Shown here: positions 37,301 to 49,571 of the stretch, in pieces | Layout: every line of letters starts with the position of its first letter | Numbering within the stretch: position 1 is the stretch's first letter | Assembly (NCBI GenBank): GCA_043228905.1 | Contig: JBHGNT010000012.1 | Location: forward strand, 18,042,001 to 18,106,000 | Source: Azolla caroliniana | Taxonomy: Eukaryota > Plantae > Polypodiophyta | Length of the DNA: 64,000 nt | Direction: 5' to 3' | Position numbers and translations under genes: made by a program | The notes under the pieces: generated by a model | Database searches by the model: none | What the model saw: only the letters and a program-made list of their open reading frames with translations | Told to the model about the DNA's origin: nothing

Positions 37301-39030
37301 TGAATGTACTAACTCAAGCGGGGACGACTTCAGCAAAAGAGACTTTTTATGATATGTTTGTACATGTTTACCATAAATGCAATGATCACAATGTTCAAAA
37401 TCAGCTTAATGAAGACATGGCAAGTAACCCAAACGAGAAAGTACTTTCATACCAGTTTCACTCATGTGTCCCAACCGGCCATGCCACAAAGAAACACTAG
37501 GCTGTTCGGTTATGGCAACAACATGGTCACTCACACTAGATACATGGAGAGGATACAAAGTATCACTTTTACTACCCTTGGCAATAACTCTAGATCCCTT
37601 ACAAATCTTCCATTTCCCATCACCAAAGGTTGTGTGAAATCCATCATCATCTAGTTGTCCTGTGCTAATCATGCTCTTCTTGAGTTGAGGTACATGTCGT
37701 ACATGCTAAAGTGTGAAAGCAGAACCATGTTGAAATTGTAATTGCACAGTGCCAATACCTACAATTTCACATGCATAGTTGTCCCCAAGATGGACAACAC
37801 CATGTCGACCCCCTGTGTAATCTGAATACCACTCACGATGAGGAGTGACGTGAAAAGAAGCACCAAAATCGAGTATCCAAGTGTGCATGTCACCATCCGT
37901 ATCTGCAAGTAAAGCATGTTCTCTATGGCATGATGAAACAAAGAGTACATCATTTCCATTATCACTATCATGAGTGACTACATTCACCTCTTCAATTTTA
38001 GTATTGCCTTTCCTCGGTTGAATGTCTCTCTTTTCTTCTATGAAATCATCTATCTACTTGCCCTTTCCTTTCTCTTTCTTCCATTTGAAACAATCACGTT
38101 TAAAGTGATCCTTTTTGCCACAGTGATGGCATTCTACATCTTTACCATGTGATTTACTACGGCCATAACTATCAGATTTGCCTCTTTGTTGTGACCTACC
38201 CCTCATATGCAACGCACTAGAGGACTTATTGGATGCATTATTTTGCCGACTCATCTCTTCCATGAGTAGAGAACTCTCTACATCAACATAAAGAAGCATC
38301 ACATTTGAATTGCTCATAGCAGTCTTGAAATATCTCAACTTTCTGGCAAGGTGCAAAGTAAAAACATGGCCTTAAACTCATCATCACTTATGAATTTCAA
38401 GGCAACCAGCTGGCTGAAAATGGAATTGAACTCACTCAAGTGAGTTGACATGGGTGTGCCCTCTGTCATGCGTAAATCCATGAGTTTCTTAAGCCAGTAA
38501 ACTTTGCTAGCTGCCATCTTTTGGGCATACAATTCCTCTAGTCTAGTCCATATAGAATAGGCGGAGTCCAAACCTTCGATATTAAAAAGCAAGGCATCAG
38601 AGATTGACAACTCAATAGTCAAGCGTGCAAGCTCGTTCAACTCTTGCCAATCTCTACTCTGCAGAAAACCTTAAACTCTGCTCTACAGAAAACCCTAAAC
38701 TCTGCTCTACAGAAAACCCTAAACTCTGCCTACAGAAAACTCTAAACTCTACTCTGCAGAAAACCCTAAACTTTTCTCTATATAAAACCCTAAACCCTGC
38801 TCTAATACCAGTTCGAAGGCAGCACGAGGATTAGGGTTTAGGTCAAAAACAGAGGGGGGGAGAGTCTGAGTGAGAGACAAAGGGAGAGAGAGATGCACGT
38901 TGTCTTGGGTACAAAGAGTGTACCTATTTTTTGGTTTTTAGATATTATGTATATACAAGTCAAAAGTGTGCTACGAGTGCGTTCACACTCGTGCACTTAT
39001 AAAAGGCATGATGGCCCTTTATTCCCAACA
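34381..39030 (-). mobile_element. Full-length but decayed Ty1/copia, 217-bp LTRs (34381-34597, 38814-39030), TSD CATAT
   Basis: Two LTRs with ~5 differences; CATAT on both sides; PBS gctctaatacca at 38799-38810; gag/zinc knuckle, PR, INT, RT and RNase H motifs. Confidence 0.96.
38655..38797. repeat. 24-bp tandem repeat (x~6) containing AAACCCTAA in the copia leader
   Basis: ctctgctctacagaaaaccctaaa units. Confidence 0.9.
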
Positions 39031-39608
39031 CATATAACTATTTTTAGGATGTACAAGTGGAGCAAAGTTTGAATCTCTAATTATGCTTATAAATTAAGTA
39101 ACCCTTTTACATTTTCGAAGTGAAAGGGCGTAGGTAAGCATTTTGTGTATAATGCAAATGAGGCCCCTTCACTATTTATATAAAAGGAAGGGATGAGGGC
39201 TCATTTAAGGTTCAACTTTTTGGGGAGAGGGAGTAGTTCAACTTTTTCCTTATTTTTTTCACTTCTTCTCCAACTACTCTTCTACTTTGAGGATTTTCCA
39301 TCTTCTCCTCCACCATGTAGAGCATTGTGTGTTGGTGGTTTATGTTAAGAGTCTATTACTAATCAATAGACCAAAATAAAGTAATATAAGGTAAATAGAT
39401 TGGATAGAAGAACTCGTTCCACCCGACCACCCTTGAGCTATGATCAAGACATAGCCAACCTACCACCGACATCCCATACTGACAGATATTAGGATGATTA
39501 ATACCTTGGAAGATATAAACGATTGTTGCAACAAAAGCCTAAGCCCACGCCACTAGTGTCTTAGGATGACAGCTTTCCAACGTAATGTGTTTTATGAGGG
39601 TAACTAGG

Positions 39609-39691
39609 TGTAAAAGTTGTGCGGAAGCAATAGAAGACCGAACACAAAAATGCATGTTTAATGGAGAGCTTAGAATATACATTGTACGCGG

Positions 39692-39729
<38 letters not shown>

Positions 39730-42700
39730 ACAGAAACTCAATTCAAAATAATACTCAATCTGTACATCGTATGTGTTTAGTGAACACTTTTATACAAGTC
39801 CATACGGACTGACAGAAGTACGGTGTACTTCAATGCTCACACAAGCGTCTGACACTAACTATGAGACATTAACTACCTAGTAGTCTAGGCTGCTACTAGG
39901 CTTCAGGTTACTAATGGATCCGGCTAACCGGCTCCCCACCTCATCGGCTCACCGACCCGGCTCATCCTTCCAGATGTCGATCCGGCTGAGGCTTATTCAG
40001 CCGATCCGGATCCGGTTGAGCTTGCCACTCAACACTCCCCCTCAAGCTCAACTTGAGGTCGGATTGTAGTGTCAGTCTCCATGGCAGCCGGTCCTTCCAC
40101 CCGGCTCCTTCTGGCGTCACTCCGCCTCGCTCGCGCTCCTCGTCTGGTCCGGTCCTGTTTGCCGCAACCCTTTTGTTTCTGCGCACCTCGACCTCCTTGG
40201 TCGGCTTGTCTGCTCAACAAGCCCAAATCAGCTCCCTCACTGTTGTGACTTCGGCGCTTGTTGATTCGCCGATTCCTTCGTGTTGCCGTCGACTTTTGCT
40301 GCCTTCTCGTCCTCTTGGCCTTGAATTGATCCGGTTCTTCCGAATCCGTCTGTTGAACCGAATCAACTGTCTCCGATTCATTCCAGCTCTTGTCCGAATT
40401 GGTCGCTCCCAATTTGTCTTCCGGTTCCAGGCCCTTCACCACATCAGACCATGTCCAAGTCTTGGCCTTCTTCTTCCAGTCAGCTCTCTCCTTCTTGACT
40501 CTACCGCCGCTGCCGCTTGTTCCGACTTGTTCGGATGTGTCAACTTCCTTTGTCGACTCGGCTCCTTTCTTCTTCTTGTCTCTCCCACTGTCGGTTCTTC
40601 CCTCACCGGCGCAATCGGCAATTTCTTTGCCTTTGCCCGTTCCGGTGTCTTTGCCCATTCTCCCCCTCAAGTGTGGCACATCAAGATGCTGAACACCAAG
40701 CATTTCCGTGAAGTGTTGCAACTTGTCTAATCCGAGCAGTTTTTTGAAGATGTCGGCAACTTGGCGATCCATATGAACATACCGAAGTTTGACTTCACCA
40801 CTCAGGACACGCTCACGCACGAAGTGGTAGTGCACTTCTATGTGCTTTGTGCGAGCATGGAATACGGGGTTCCTGGCAAGCTGTGTGCTGCTTATGTTGT
40901 CATAGTAGATCCAGATCGGGGTCGGCACCTCGATCCGTAGGTCTTGCAGCAGTCATTGAAGCCAAATGGCTTCACAGGTGGCAACGGTAGCGCCCCGGTA
41001 TTCAGCCTCCGTGCTCGAAAGGGCCACTGTTGGGTGCTTTTTGCTGCTCCACGCAACAACCGCGCTACCAAGGGAAAACATATAGTCGGAGGTGGATCGG
41101 CGATCCGATGCATCGTCGGCCCAGTCGGCATCGATGTAGCCGACTAGCTCTTCAGTTATACCATGCCGGTATAACAGTCCCCATTCCTTTGTGCCGCTCA
41201 CATATCGCAAAATTCGATGCGCGCACAGAAGGTGCTCCACGGTAGGCTTTTGTATATATTGGTTGATCACGCCGACCGGATAACTGATGTCGGGTCGGGT
41301 GATTGTCAAATATATAAGACTTCCGAGGATTTGTCGCAATCGCTTCTCATCGCAGGCCGGTCCGGAGTCGGGACGGAGCTTCTGGTTCTAGTCCAGAGGT
41401 GTGGAGATCGGTCGGCATTCCGTCATGCCGAACTTGTACAACATATTCAGCACATAGTGTCTTTGTGAGAGCAATATGCCGTCGGGGGTTCGGATCACCT
41501 CGATCCCAAGGAAATAGTGAAGGTCCCCTAGGTCCTTCATCTCAAATGTGTCCAACAGTTGGAACTTGACTCGGCTGATTTCATCGAGTCTGGATCCGGT
41601 GATGACTAGATCATCAACATACAACAAGATGCAAACCGGACCGTCTGAACCTTGCCTAATGAACAACGAAGAGTCAGACTTGGAGGCAGCAAACCCCATC
41701 TTACGCAACCGGTGCGTGATCTTTGCATCCCAAGCTCGGGGGGCTTGCTTCAGGCCATAAAGTGACTTCTTCAGCCGGCATACCACCGACTTGTTCATCC
41801 CCGACTGGAAACCGAGGGGTTGGGTCATAAAGACCTCTTCTTCAAGATCGCCTTGAAGAAATGCATTCTTCACGTCCATCTGGTGAAGATGCCACCCCCT
41901 TGCCGCAGCAACCATCAGCACCACACGAACCGTAGTCATCTTCGCTACCAGAGCGAAGGTCTCGTCGTAGTCGATTCCGTGGGTCTGCGCGTATCCCTTC
42001 GCCACTAACCGAGCCTTGTACCGGTTAACCGAACCATCGGCATTATACTTTACCTTATACACCCACTTACATCTGATCGGTTTACAGTGTCGAGGAGGCT
42101 CAACTAGGTCCCATGTGTCATTGGCATCAAGTACCCGCATTTCTTCCTCCATAGCGGCATGCCAATTTGCATCCCTTGCCGCTTCTGTGTAGCTCTCCGG
42201 CTCACGCACTTCTGCCACCTTGGTCATGTACGCATAGTGATGCACCATGTACTCATTGTTCTCGTACCATGTAACGGGGTTCTTCAGGCAGGAAGACCGA
42301 CGTAACTTGGTATTACCCGGTTTGAGTCCCTTCTTGGCCAGGTCGGACTTCATTCTCGAAGATCCACCTTCATCCTTTCTGGAGTCGGATTCGCTCCGAT
42401 CCAACTCAACGTTGCCAGTTTCGTATTCCGGCATCTTCTTCTTCCCCTTCTCTTTGCGCGCGAATCGTCTCCTCAGTTCCTTGCGCGGGGAGAGAATGGC
42501 AGAGTCTCCATTACTCGTCGGTTCCTCATCCGACTGGTCATCCCGACTCAGCCGCTCATTCGGTCCACTTAACTGAAATGAGATCGGACTCTCTTCTAGA
42601 GTACCTAGGTCCTCATCTTCTATCTGGACCAATTCAGGCTCACTAGCCTCATCCTCTGGTATCGGGTCGGGATCGGGGTCGGAAGTCGGAGCAGGTAAGG

Positions 42701-45622
42701 CATACCATGATGTCGTCTCATCAAACTCAACATCCCGGCTAACTCACACCTGCTTCGTCCGGGGGTTATAACACTTATACCCCTTTTGCTCATGCGAGTA
42801 ACCGACCAGGATGCATTTCTCCGACTTTGCATCCAACTTCCTCCGCTTCTCATCTGGCATATGCACATATGCAATGCTACTGAATATCCAAAGGTGTCTC
42901 AAATTCGGCTTGCGTCCGAAATACAACTCATGCGTGGACACCATGTCACCGATCTGGTTTTGGATATAGACAGTCGTCCGGACCGCCTCCGCCCAGTAGA
43001 AATGGGGCATGCTCTTCTCCTCCAACATTGCCCTTGCCACATCGACAATCGACCAGTTCTTCCATTCGGCCACACCGTTTTGCTCCAGTGTGTATCTGCA
43101 GCTGAACTCTCTCTGAATTCCTTTTTGTTGCAGATAACTATTGAATTGGCCAGAAAAATATTATTTTCCGCCATCCGACCGCAAGCACTTGATCTTCCTC
43201 TCTATTTCTCGTTCAACCAGGCTTTGCAGGTTCCGGAAACACTCAAAGACTTCGCTCTTCCTCTCAATGAGGTAGATCCATGTGTGTCGGTTGTAGTCGT
43301 CGATGAAGGAGACGAAATACCGACTCCCGCCAAGACTAACGTTTTGTGTCGGTCCCCATACATCCGAATGAATAAGGTCGAGCTTGTTACAGCTATGGTT
43401 TCGTTCGATGGGGAATGAAAGCCGGTGTTACTTCCCGAGTTGGCAGGCTTCACATATTTGGGCCTTCCGGCCACTAAACTTCGGCAAACCAAAAACAACT
43501 TGTTTTGTTTGCAGGACTTGAAGCCTCTGGTGATTGACGTGGCCAATCCGCTTGTGCCACAGGTCAATGTCCAATTCGACCTTCTGTCCTTTGACGAACA
43601 AAGCGGTGTCGACGTCATTGGTGTCGAGGATGAACATCCTCCCTTCTCTGCGCCCTTGCGCAATAATCTGGCCCTCTTCCTCGATGAAGCACCCAAGGTG
43701 CGTAAACCGCACCTGCATCCCCTGGTCAACGATCTGACCGATTGACACCAGGTTCTTCGTGATAGTCGGAATGTGTAATACGTTCATTAGCTTCCCCGTT
43801 TGTCCGACGTGGCTCAAAGGGACTTCTCTGATATGCACGATTGGGTGAGGAGTGTCGTCTCTGGTTTCGACGACTCCTGGTTCTGATTTCTCCAAGAAAG
43901 AGAACCACTCTTTGTGGCTCGTCATGTGATTCGACGCACCGGAATCAACGTACCACACTTCCTCCGATTTGGAAGTGGTCTTCTTCATTGAGTTAGCCTC
44001 GTGTTTCATCACCAAGGCTGGCCCTTTACCGGATTTTCCGGTTTTGGATCCTCCCGATCCTTCTACATAGTGCGAGTATTGTCGGTTCTCTCTGCTGGTT
44101 TTGCCGGATCCGGATCTGTCTGAATCGGTGCGCTTCTTCCAGCACTCGCTTTCTCTGTGGCCCTTTTTACCACAATACTAGCATTCCGTGTCGCCCTTTG
44201 CTTGTTGGCCTCCAGCGCCGCCTTGACTCCCCCTGCTTGTGGAGGGTCTGGAACTGTTGTCGGCACATTCTCTATGCCTTCGGTCCTACTCTTGCCGGTT
44301 GCTACCATTGCAAGCCGACCCGCCTCATCCACCACGCCCATGGGGCCGATCTGCCTCCGTGTACAGCATCCGATTTTCGGTGGGTGCACTTGTTGACACA
44401 CCGGCGTGGTTCTTGTTGGGAGACAGGTCCCTCCGGATGGGAAGGGAGAAGAACAGTGCCGACGAACAATCTTGGCCGAGGCCGAAACCGGATGAGGAGT
44501 ACCCGGCTACGGAGACCGGATAGTGCAGACCCGGTGTGAACCGGATGAGGAGTACCCGGCTACGGAGAGCCGGATGGTGCAGACCCGGTGTGAACCGGAT
44601 GAGGAGTACCCGGCTACGGAGAGCCGGATGGTGCAGACCCGGTGTGAACCGGATGAGTTCCCGGCTACGGAGAGCCGGATGGTGCAGACCCGGTGAGAAC
44701 CGGATGAGGAGCACCCGGCTACGGAGAGCCGGATGATGCAGACCCGGTGAGAACCGGAGGAAGAGACATATTCGTAAATATGTTTCTGAGAGCCCATCGA
44801 GGCTATATTTGTAAATAGCCGAAAAGTCATATTAGTATAAATATGACTTAGGGCAAATATGTGTTTATAGTTGTTGTTGTCATTTTCTTGTTGGTGCAAG
44901 AAGAAGAGAGAGCACGTAACAGTGTACAGAGAGAGAGAGAGAGAGAAAGAGGTTGATGCCTCTATGGCGAAGATCATGAGTACGAGGTCGTTGCCTCCGT
45001 GAACTCACTGCTTTTGTACATTCCTACATAGTGATAGTTTGCAGCCTATGGGCTGCCGTGGTTTTTCCCCTCCTTGGGTTTTCCACGTAAACATTATGTG
45101 TACCTTTTCTCTCCTTTGTGTCGCGTGCATTTGTTTCCCATTTTTCTGTGTATGGTCCTAAGCTCGGTGGTGGCCAAGCGTTGTGCATAAGGAGCCTTCA
45201 GTTCCCGACAGTTCTCCACAAGGAGCATCGACTATAAGTCGAAAAATGACGGCGTATTCTCCCTTGTACACACAGCAGTTCGGAACGCTCCAAACTTTGA
45301 CGCCAAACCTCCGAGACAGATTTGCACCATATTGGCTTCTACGATATTCACATCGATGGAGGCCAGAGAGTCGCAAATGTCCTTGATTTTGGAGGTGTAG
45401 TCTACCACCGACAAGTCGTGTTGTCGTAGGTTGTTCAACTCCTGTCGGAGTTGAAGCTTCCTAGTTGTAGTGCTTGTGACGAAAATCTTCTTCAGATTTC
45501 CCCAAGCATCTTTCGGCGTTTTTGCATCCCAAATGTAGCTTAGGAGTTGTTCACCCACACAAGACGCGAAGCAGTACAGTACTCTGCTCGCCGACTGTTC
45601 CCACACCGGGAAATCTCTGTGT
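39609..45622 (-). mobile_element. Ty1/copia (3' LTR 39609-40034, RH-RT-INT-PR-gag), running into the gap
   Basis: PPT cttgagggggag followed by TGTTGAG; ORFs 40029-40928, 41388-42632, 42744-43073, 43428-44015 and 45232-45622 carry copia motifs. Confidence 0.95.
44414..45210 (+). mobile_element. Tork-family-related solo LTR with TSD GTTCT and an internal 54-bp tandem array
   Basis: TGTTGGG...CCGACA flanked by GTTCT (44409-13 and 45211-15); ~5 x 54-bp units at 44486-44760. Confidence 0.93.
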
Positions 45623-45722
45623 NNNNNNNNNNNNNNNNNNNNNNNNNNNNNNNNNNNNNNNNNNNNNNNNNNNNNNNNNNNNNNNNNNNNNNNNNNNNNN
45701 NNNNNNNNNNNNNNNNNNNNNN
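45623..45722. other. Assembly gap (100 N)
   Basis: Run of N. Confidence 1.
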
Positions 45723-48700
45723 ACAAACACGCAGTGGTCGGACTGCGTTTTGAGGTACCCTTCGTCGGTCATGAAGGAGTCGAACTTCCGGTACCATTGC
45801 CGGGGAGCCTGCTTCAGTCCGTAAAGGCTCTTCTTCAACCGGCATACCAGGTGCTCCTTCCCTTTCTTCTCGAATCCTTCCGGTTGCTGCATGTATATCT
45901 CTTCTTCGAGGTCACCGTGAAGGAATGCCGTCTTCACGTCCATCTGTTCTACCTCGAGGTCCATGCTTGCCGCTATGCTCAGCACCGTCCGAATGGAGGT
46001 CATCTTCACTACCGGGGCGAATATCTCGTCGAAGTCGACGCCCTTCTTCTGCTGAAACCCCTTCACCACGATCCTGGCTTTGTATCTCGAGGGGTTTCCG
46101 GCATCTCCCGGTTTCAGCTTGAACACCCACTTGTTTCGAAGTGCCCGCTTTCCTTTCGGCAACTCCACAAGTTCATATGTGTGGTTCTCATGCAGGGAAT
46201 CCATCTCGTCCTGCATGGCACTCAACCACCTGCGGCTCTTGGTGTCATGCTTTGCTTCTTCAAAGCTCTCCGGCTCCCCCTCGTCGGTTAGCAGCACGTG
46301 CTCTGGTTCCGGAAATCTCCGGGGGGCCCTTCTCTCTCTTAGAGGATATCTCCGTTCCGGAGCTTCGGTAACCGGTTCTTCCGATTCTTCTTCATCCGAA
46401 TCCATTTCGGGATCGGGGCCGGTTCCGGTATCATTTTCATCTTCTTCGGCCGGTTCTGTTTCTTCACCGTCTTCGGCCGGATCCTCGAGTGCTAACCGGT
46501 CCCTTGCCGGTCGGGACTGCTTCTCGTAGAGTTGATTCTCACCGGTCGACTTGGAGCTCTTCATCTTCTTCTCCGACTCCCAGTCGGCGAGTGTCTTGTC
46601 CTCCATGAAGATGATATCACGACTCCTGAATATCTTCTTGTCGACCGGGTCCCATACTCGGTAGCCGAACTCGTCGTCGCCGTAACCGAGGAATATGCAT
46701 GGACGGGTCTTTGGATCTAGCTTTCCTCTCCGGTCCTTTGCCACATGCACATATGCGAGACACCCGAACACCTTCAGATGCCGGTAGGATACTTCCCTAC
46801 CGGTCCACACTCTCTGCGGCGTGTCTCCGTCCAAAGGTACTGAGGGTGATCTATTTATCACATATGTCGCCGTCGACATTGCCTCAGCCCAAAATCCCTT
46901 GGGTAATTTCGCATGCGCCAGCATACTCCGGACCCTCTCCATTATGGTCCGGTTCATCCTCTCGGCCAGCCCGTTCAGTTCCGGCGTCTTCGGCACAGTA
47001 AACTCGAGTCGGATTCCCTTCGAGCGACAGTACTCCTGGAACTGCCCCCGGTATTCCCCTCCGTTATCCGCTCGTATCGCTTTCAGCTTCTTGCCGGATT
47101 CTCTTTCCACTCTCGCGTGGAGTTCTTTGAAGACGGACAATACTTGGTCCTTTGTCTTCAACGGTGCCGTCCACAGCTTCCGGCTGTGATCATCTATGAA
47201 TGTTACGAAGTACTGGGCTCCGCCATGTGACTTCGTTTCTACTTGACACACGTCAGTATGCACCAGCTCCAATGGTGCACTACGTCTCGTCGGTGGCCTT
47301 GAGTGGAAGGAGGTCCGGTTTTGCTTACCGGCCAGGCAATCGGTGCACTTCTCCAGGTGCACATGCTTCACTGGAATAAGGTTGTCTTCTGCAAGCCTCT
47401 TCATCCCTTTCTCACTCATGTGGCACAGTCTCTTGTGCCACAGCTCACCGGCAGTGTCGGCTGCCACGTTCAGCTCCTCCGGACATAGCCGGGAATTCAT
47501 CAGGTACAGTGTGTTGACCTTCCGGGCCCGAGCCACTATCAGGCTCCCCTTGCTGAACTTCATGACACCGTTCCGGATGCTACCCGTGTAGCCTTCATCG
47601 TCTAGCCTCCCGGCCGAAATCAGGTTCAATCGAACCTCCGGAACGTGTCGGACATCCTTCAGCAGCATTTTACATCCGGTTGATGTCATCAGCCACACGT
47701 CTCCTATGCCGGCAATCCGGCATGTGCCTTCATTTCCCATCCGGACACAGCCGTGCTCACCGGCTGTGTAGGATGAGAAGTATTTCTTCTCCGGGGTCAG
47801 GTGGAACGACGCTCCGGAATCGACCACCCAGGTCATCTCTACTCCGGCAAGGTTCAGCTCCCTCTCTTCGGTAATGAGCATTATCTCTTCTTCACTTGCC
47901 GCGAGTGCCGTCGTTCCTTTCCGGTCCTGCCCTCGCCGATCCGGACCTCTCCGGTCCGTGGCTCCCCGGTATGCACCGTTTCTCTCCGGTGACTTCTTCG
48001 AATCGGTGTCGTCGGCTCCATTGTCTTTTCGGTAATGCCGACAATTCTTCCGGAAGTGCCCCGGCTTCCCACAGTGGAAGCATGTGGGCCTTCCTCTTGA
48101 CTGCGACCGGGTCCCCGACTTCTCCCGTCTTTGCGGACTCCGGTTCCATTGTCTTCCCCGTTCCGATTCGGTAAGCAGCGCCTTCGAGTCGGAGGCCGGT
48201 TCCTTATCTCTTCGACGCGCTTCTTCATTTAGAATACTTGTCTTTACCGTTTGTAGAGACAAGTTATCTTCGGTGCAGGAGGTGCTGAGAGTCACCACCA
48301 AGTTCTCCCAGCTTTCCGGCAATGTACACATCAGGATGATGGCTTGCATTGCATCCTCCAACGGGAACTTGATCGCCGCAAGCTGATTCACGAATCCCAT
48401 GAACGTGCTTACGTGTTCCACCATACTCTCGCCGTCCCGGTACTTGAGATTCACTATCTTCCTCATCAGGGAGGTCCGGTTCAACGCATTCTTCCTCTCG
48501 TAGAGGCCCGACAGCTTCTTCCACATCTCGTATGCGTTGGTGTCGTTCGCCACGTGTTGTAGGACGCTTACATCGACATATTGTCGGATCGTCGCTACGG
48601 CTTTCCGGTTCAGGAGCTTCCACTCCGACTCAAGTACCCCTTTCGGTATTTCCGACCTGTCAATCGGTTCGTACAGGTCCCGAACAATCAGAAGATCCTC

Positions 48701-48778
48701 CATCTTGATCTTCCAGTCGGCGTAATTCTGTGCATTCAGCACCATCATCATCGGCTGTGCGCTGCCGCCGCCTTCCAT
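45723..48778 (-). CDS. Copia gag-pol polyprotein (gag, CCHC knuckle, PR, GAG-pre-INT, INT, RT), partial at the gap
   Basis: >1000 codons without a stop: CFHCGKPGHFRKNC, WVVDSGAS, LELVHTDV, ADNGGEY, QMDVKTAFLHG, SLYGLKQAPRQW. Confidence 0.93.
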
Positions 48779-49571
48779 TTTCTGCAACAGTCGCTCTGAT
48801 ACCACTCTGTTGCGAATCAACGCTCCGATTCACCTTCAGCGTTCGGCCACAACCGAGAAATCACGAATCAATGCAGTAGAAAATAGGAAACACAGAGAAA
48901 GACACGATAACACAGGGATTAACGTGGAAAACCCTAAACGGGAAAAACCACGGGAGTACAAGACTCCAAACCAACACTATACAGAGAAGTATACAATGGC
49001 GAGCTGCAAGGCGACGACCTTGAGCTCGCTGTCCTCGCCACAGGCGGCGGTAATACACAGAGGCAACGACCTCCTCGTTTCTCTCTCTCTCTCTCTCTCT
49101 CGGCTGCTCTCACTTCGCTCCCTCTAAGTGGAAAACAGAAAATGAGCAGCAACAACAGCAACAATAAACAGTTTGCCCTAAGTCATATTTATACACATAT
49201 GACTTTCGGGCTATTTACAAATATAGCCTCAAGGGCCCTTGGCAAACATATTCACACATATGTCCCCGCATCCGGATCTCTCTCCGGGTACATTCGTCAT
49301 CCGGCTCCGTAACCGGGGTCTTCATCATCCGGCTCCGTAGCCGGGTCTTCGTCATCCGGCTCCGTAACCGGGGTCTTCATCATCCGGCTCCGTAGCCGGG
49401 TCTTCGTCATCCGGCTCCGTAGCCGGTTCTTCGTCATCCGGTTCCGTAGCCGGGTCTACATCATCCGGCTCCGTAGCCAGGTACTCTTCATCCTCCGGTT
49501 CCGTAACCGCAACCGGGCTTGCCGTCATCCATCTCCGGACATCCCATCCGGAGGGACCGTAAATCCCAACA
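45723..49571 (-). mobile_element. Young Tork/Tto1-like Ty1/copia, 5' LTR 48808-49571, Met PBS 48793-48804
   Basis: TGTTGGG...CAACA LTR with CCGG-rich tandem repeats; TGGTATCAGAGC PBS; uninterrupted ORF. Confidence 0.96.

Noticed and set aside
38655-38797. Interstitial telomere
   Set aside because: AAACCCTAA occurs once per 24-bp unit, not as a heptamer array
44486-44760. Regular repeats resembling a CRISPR array
   Set aside because: Contiguous 54-bp units without unique spacers, inside a TSD-flanked solo LTR; eukaryotic context, no cas genes
45232-45845. ORFs spanning the N run
   Set aside because: Artefacts joining two different copia families across the gap
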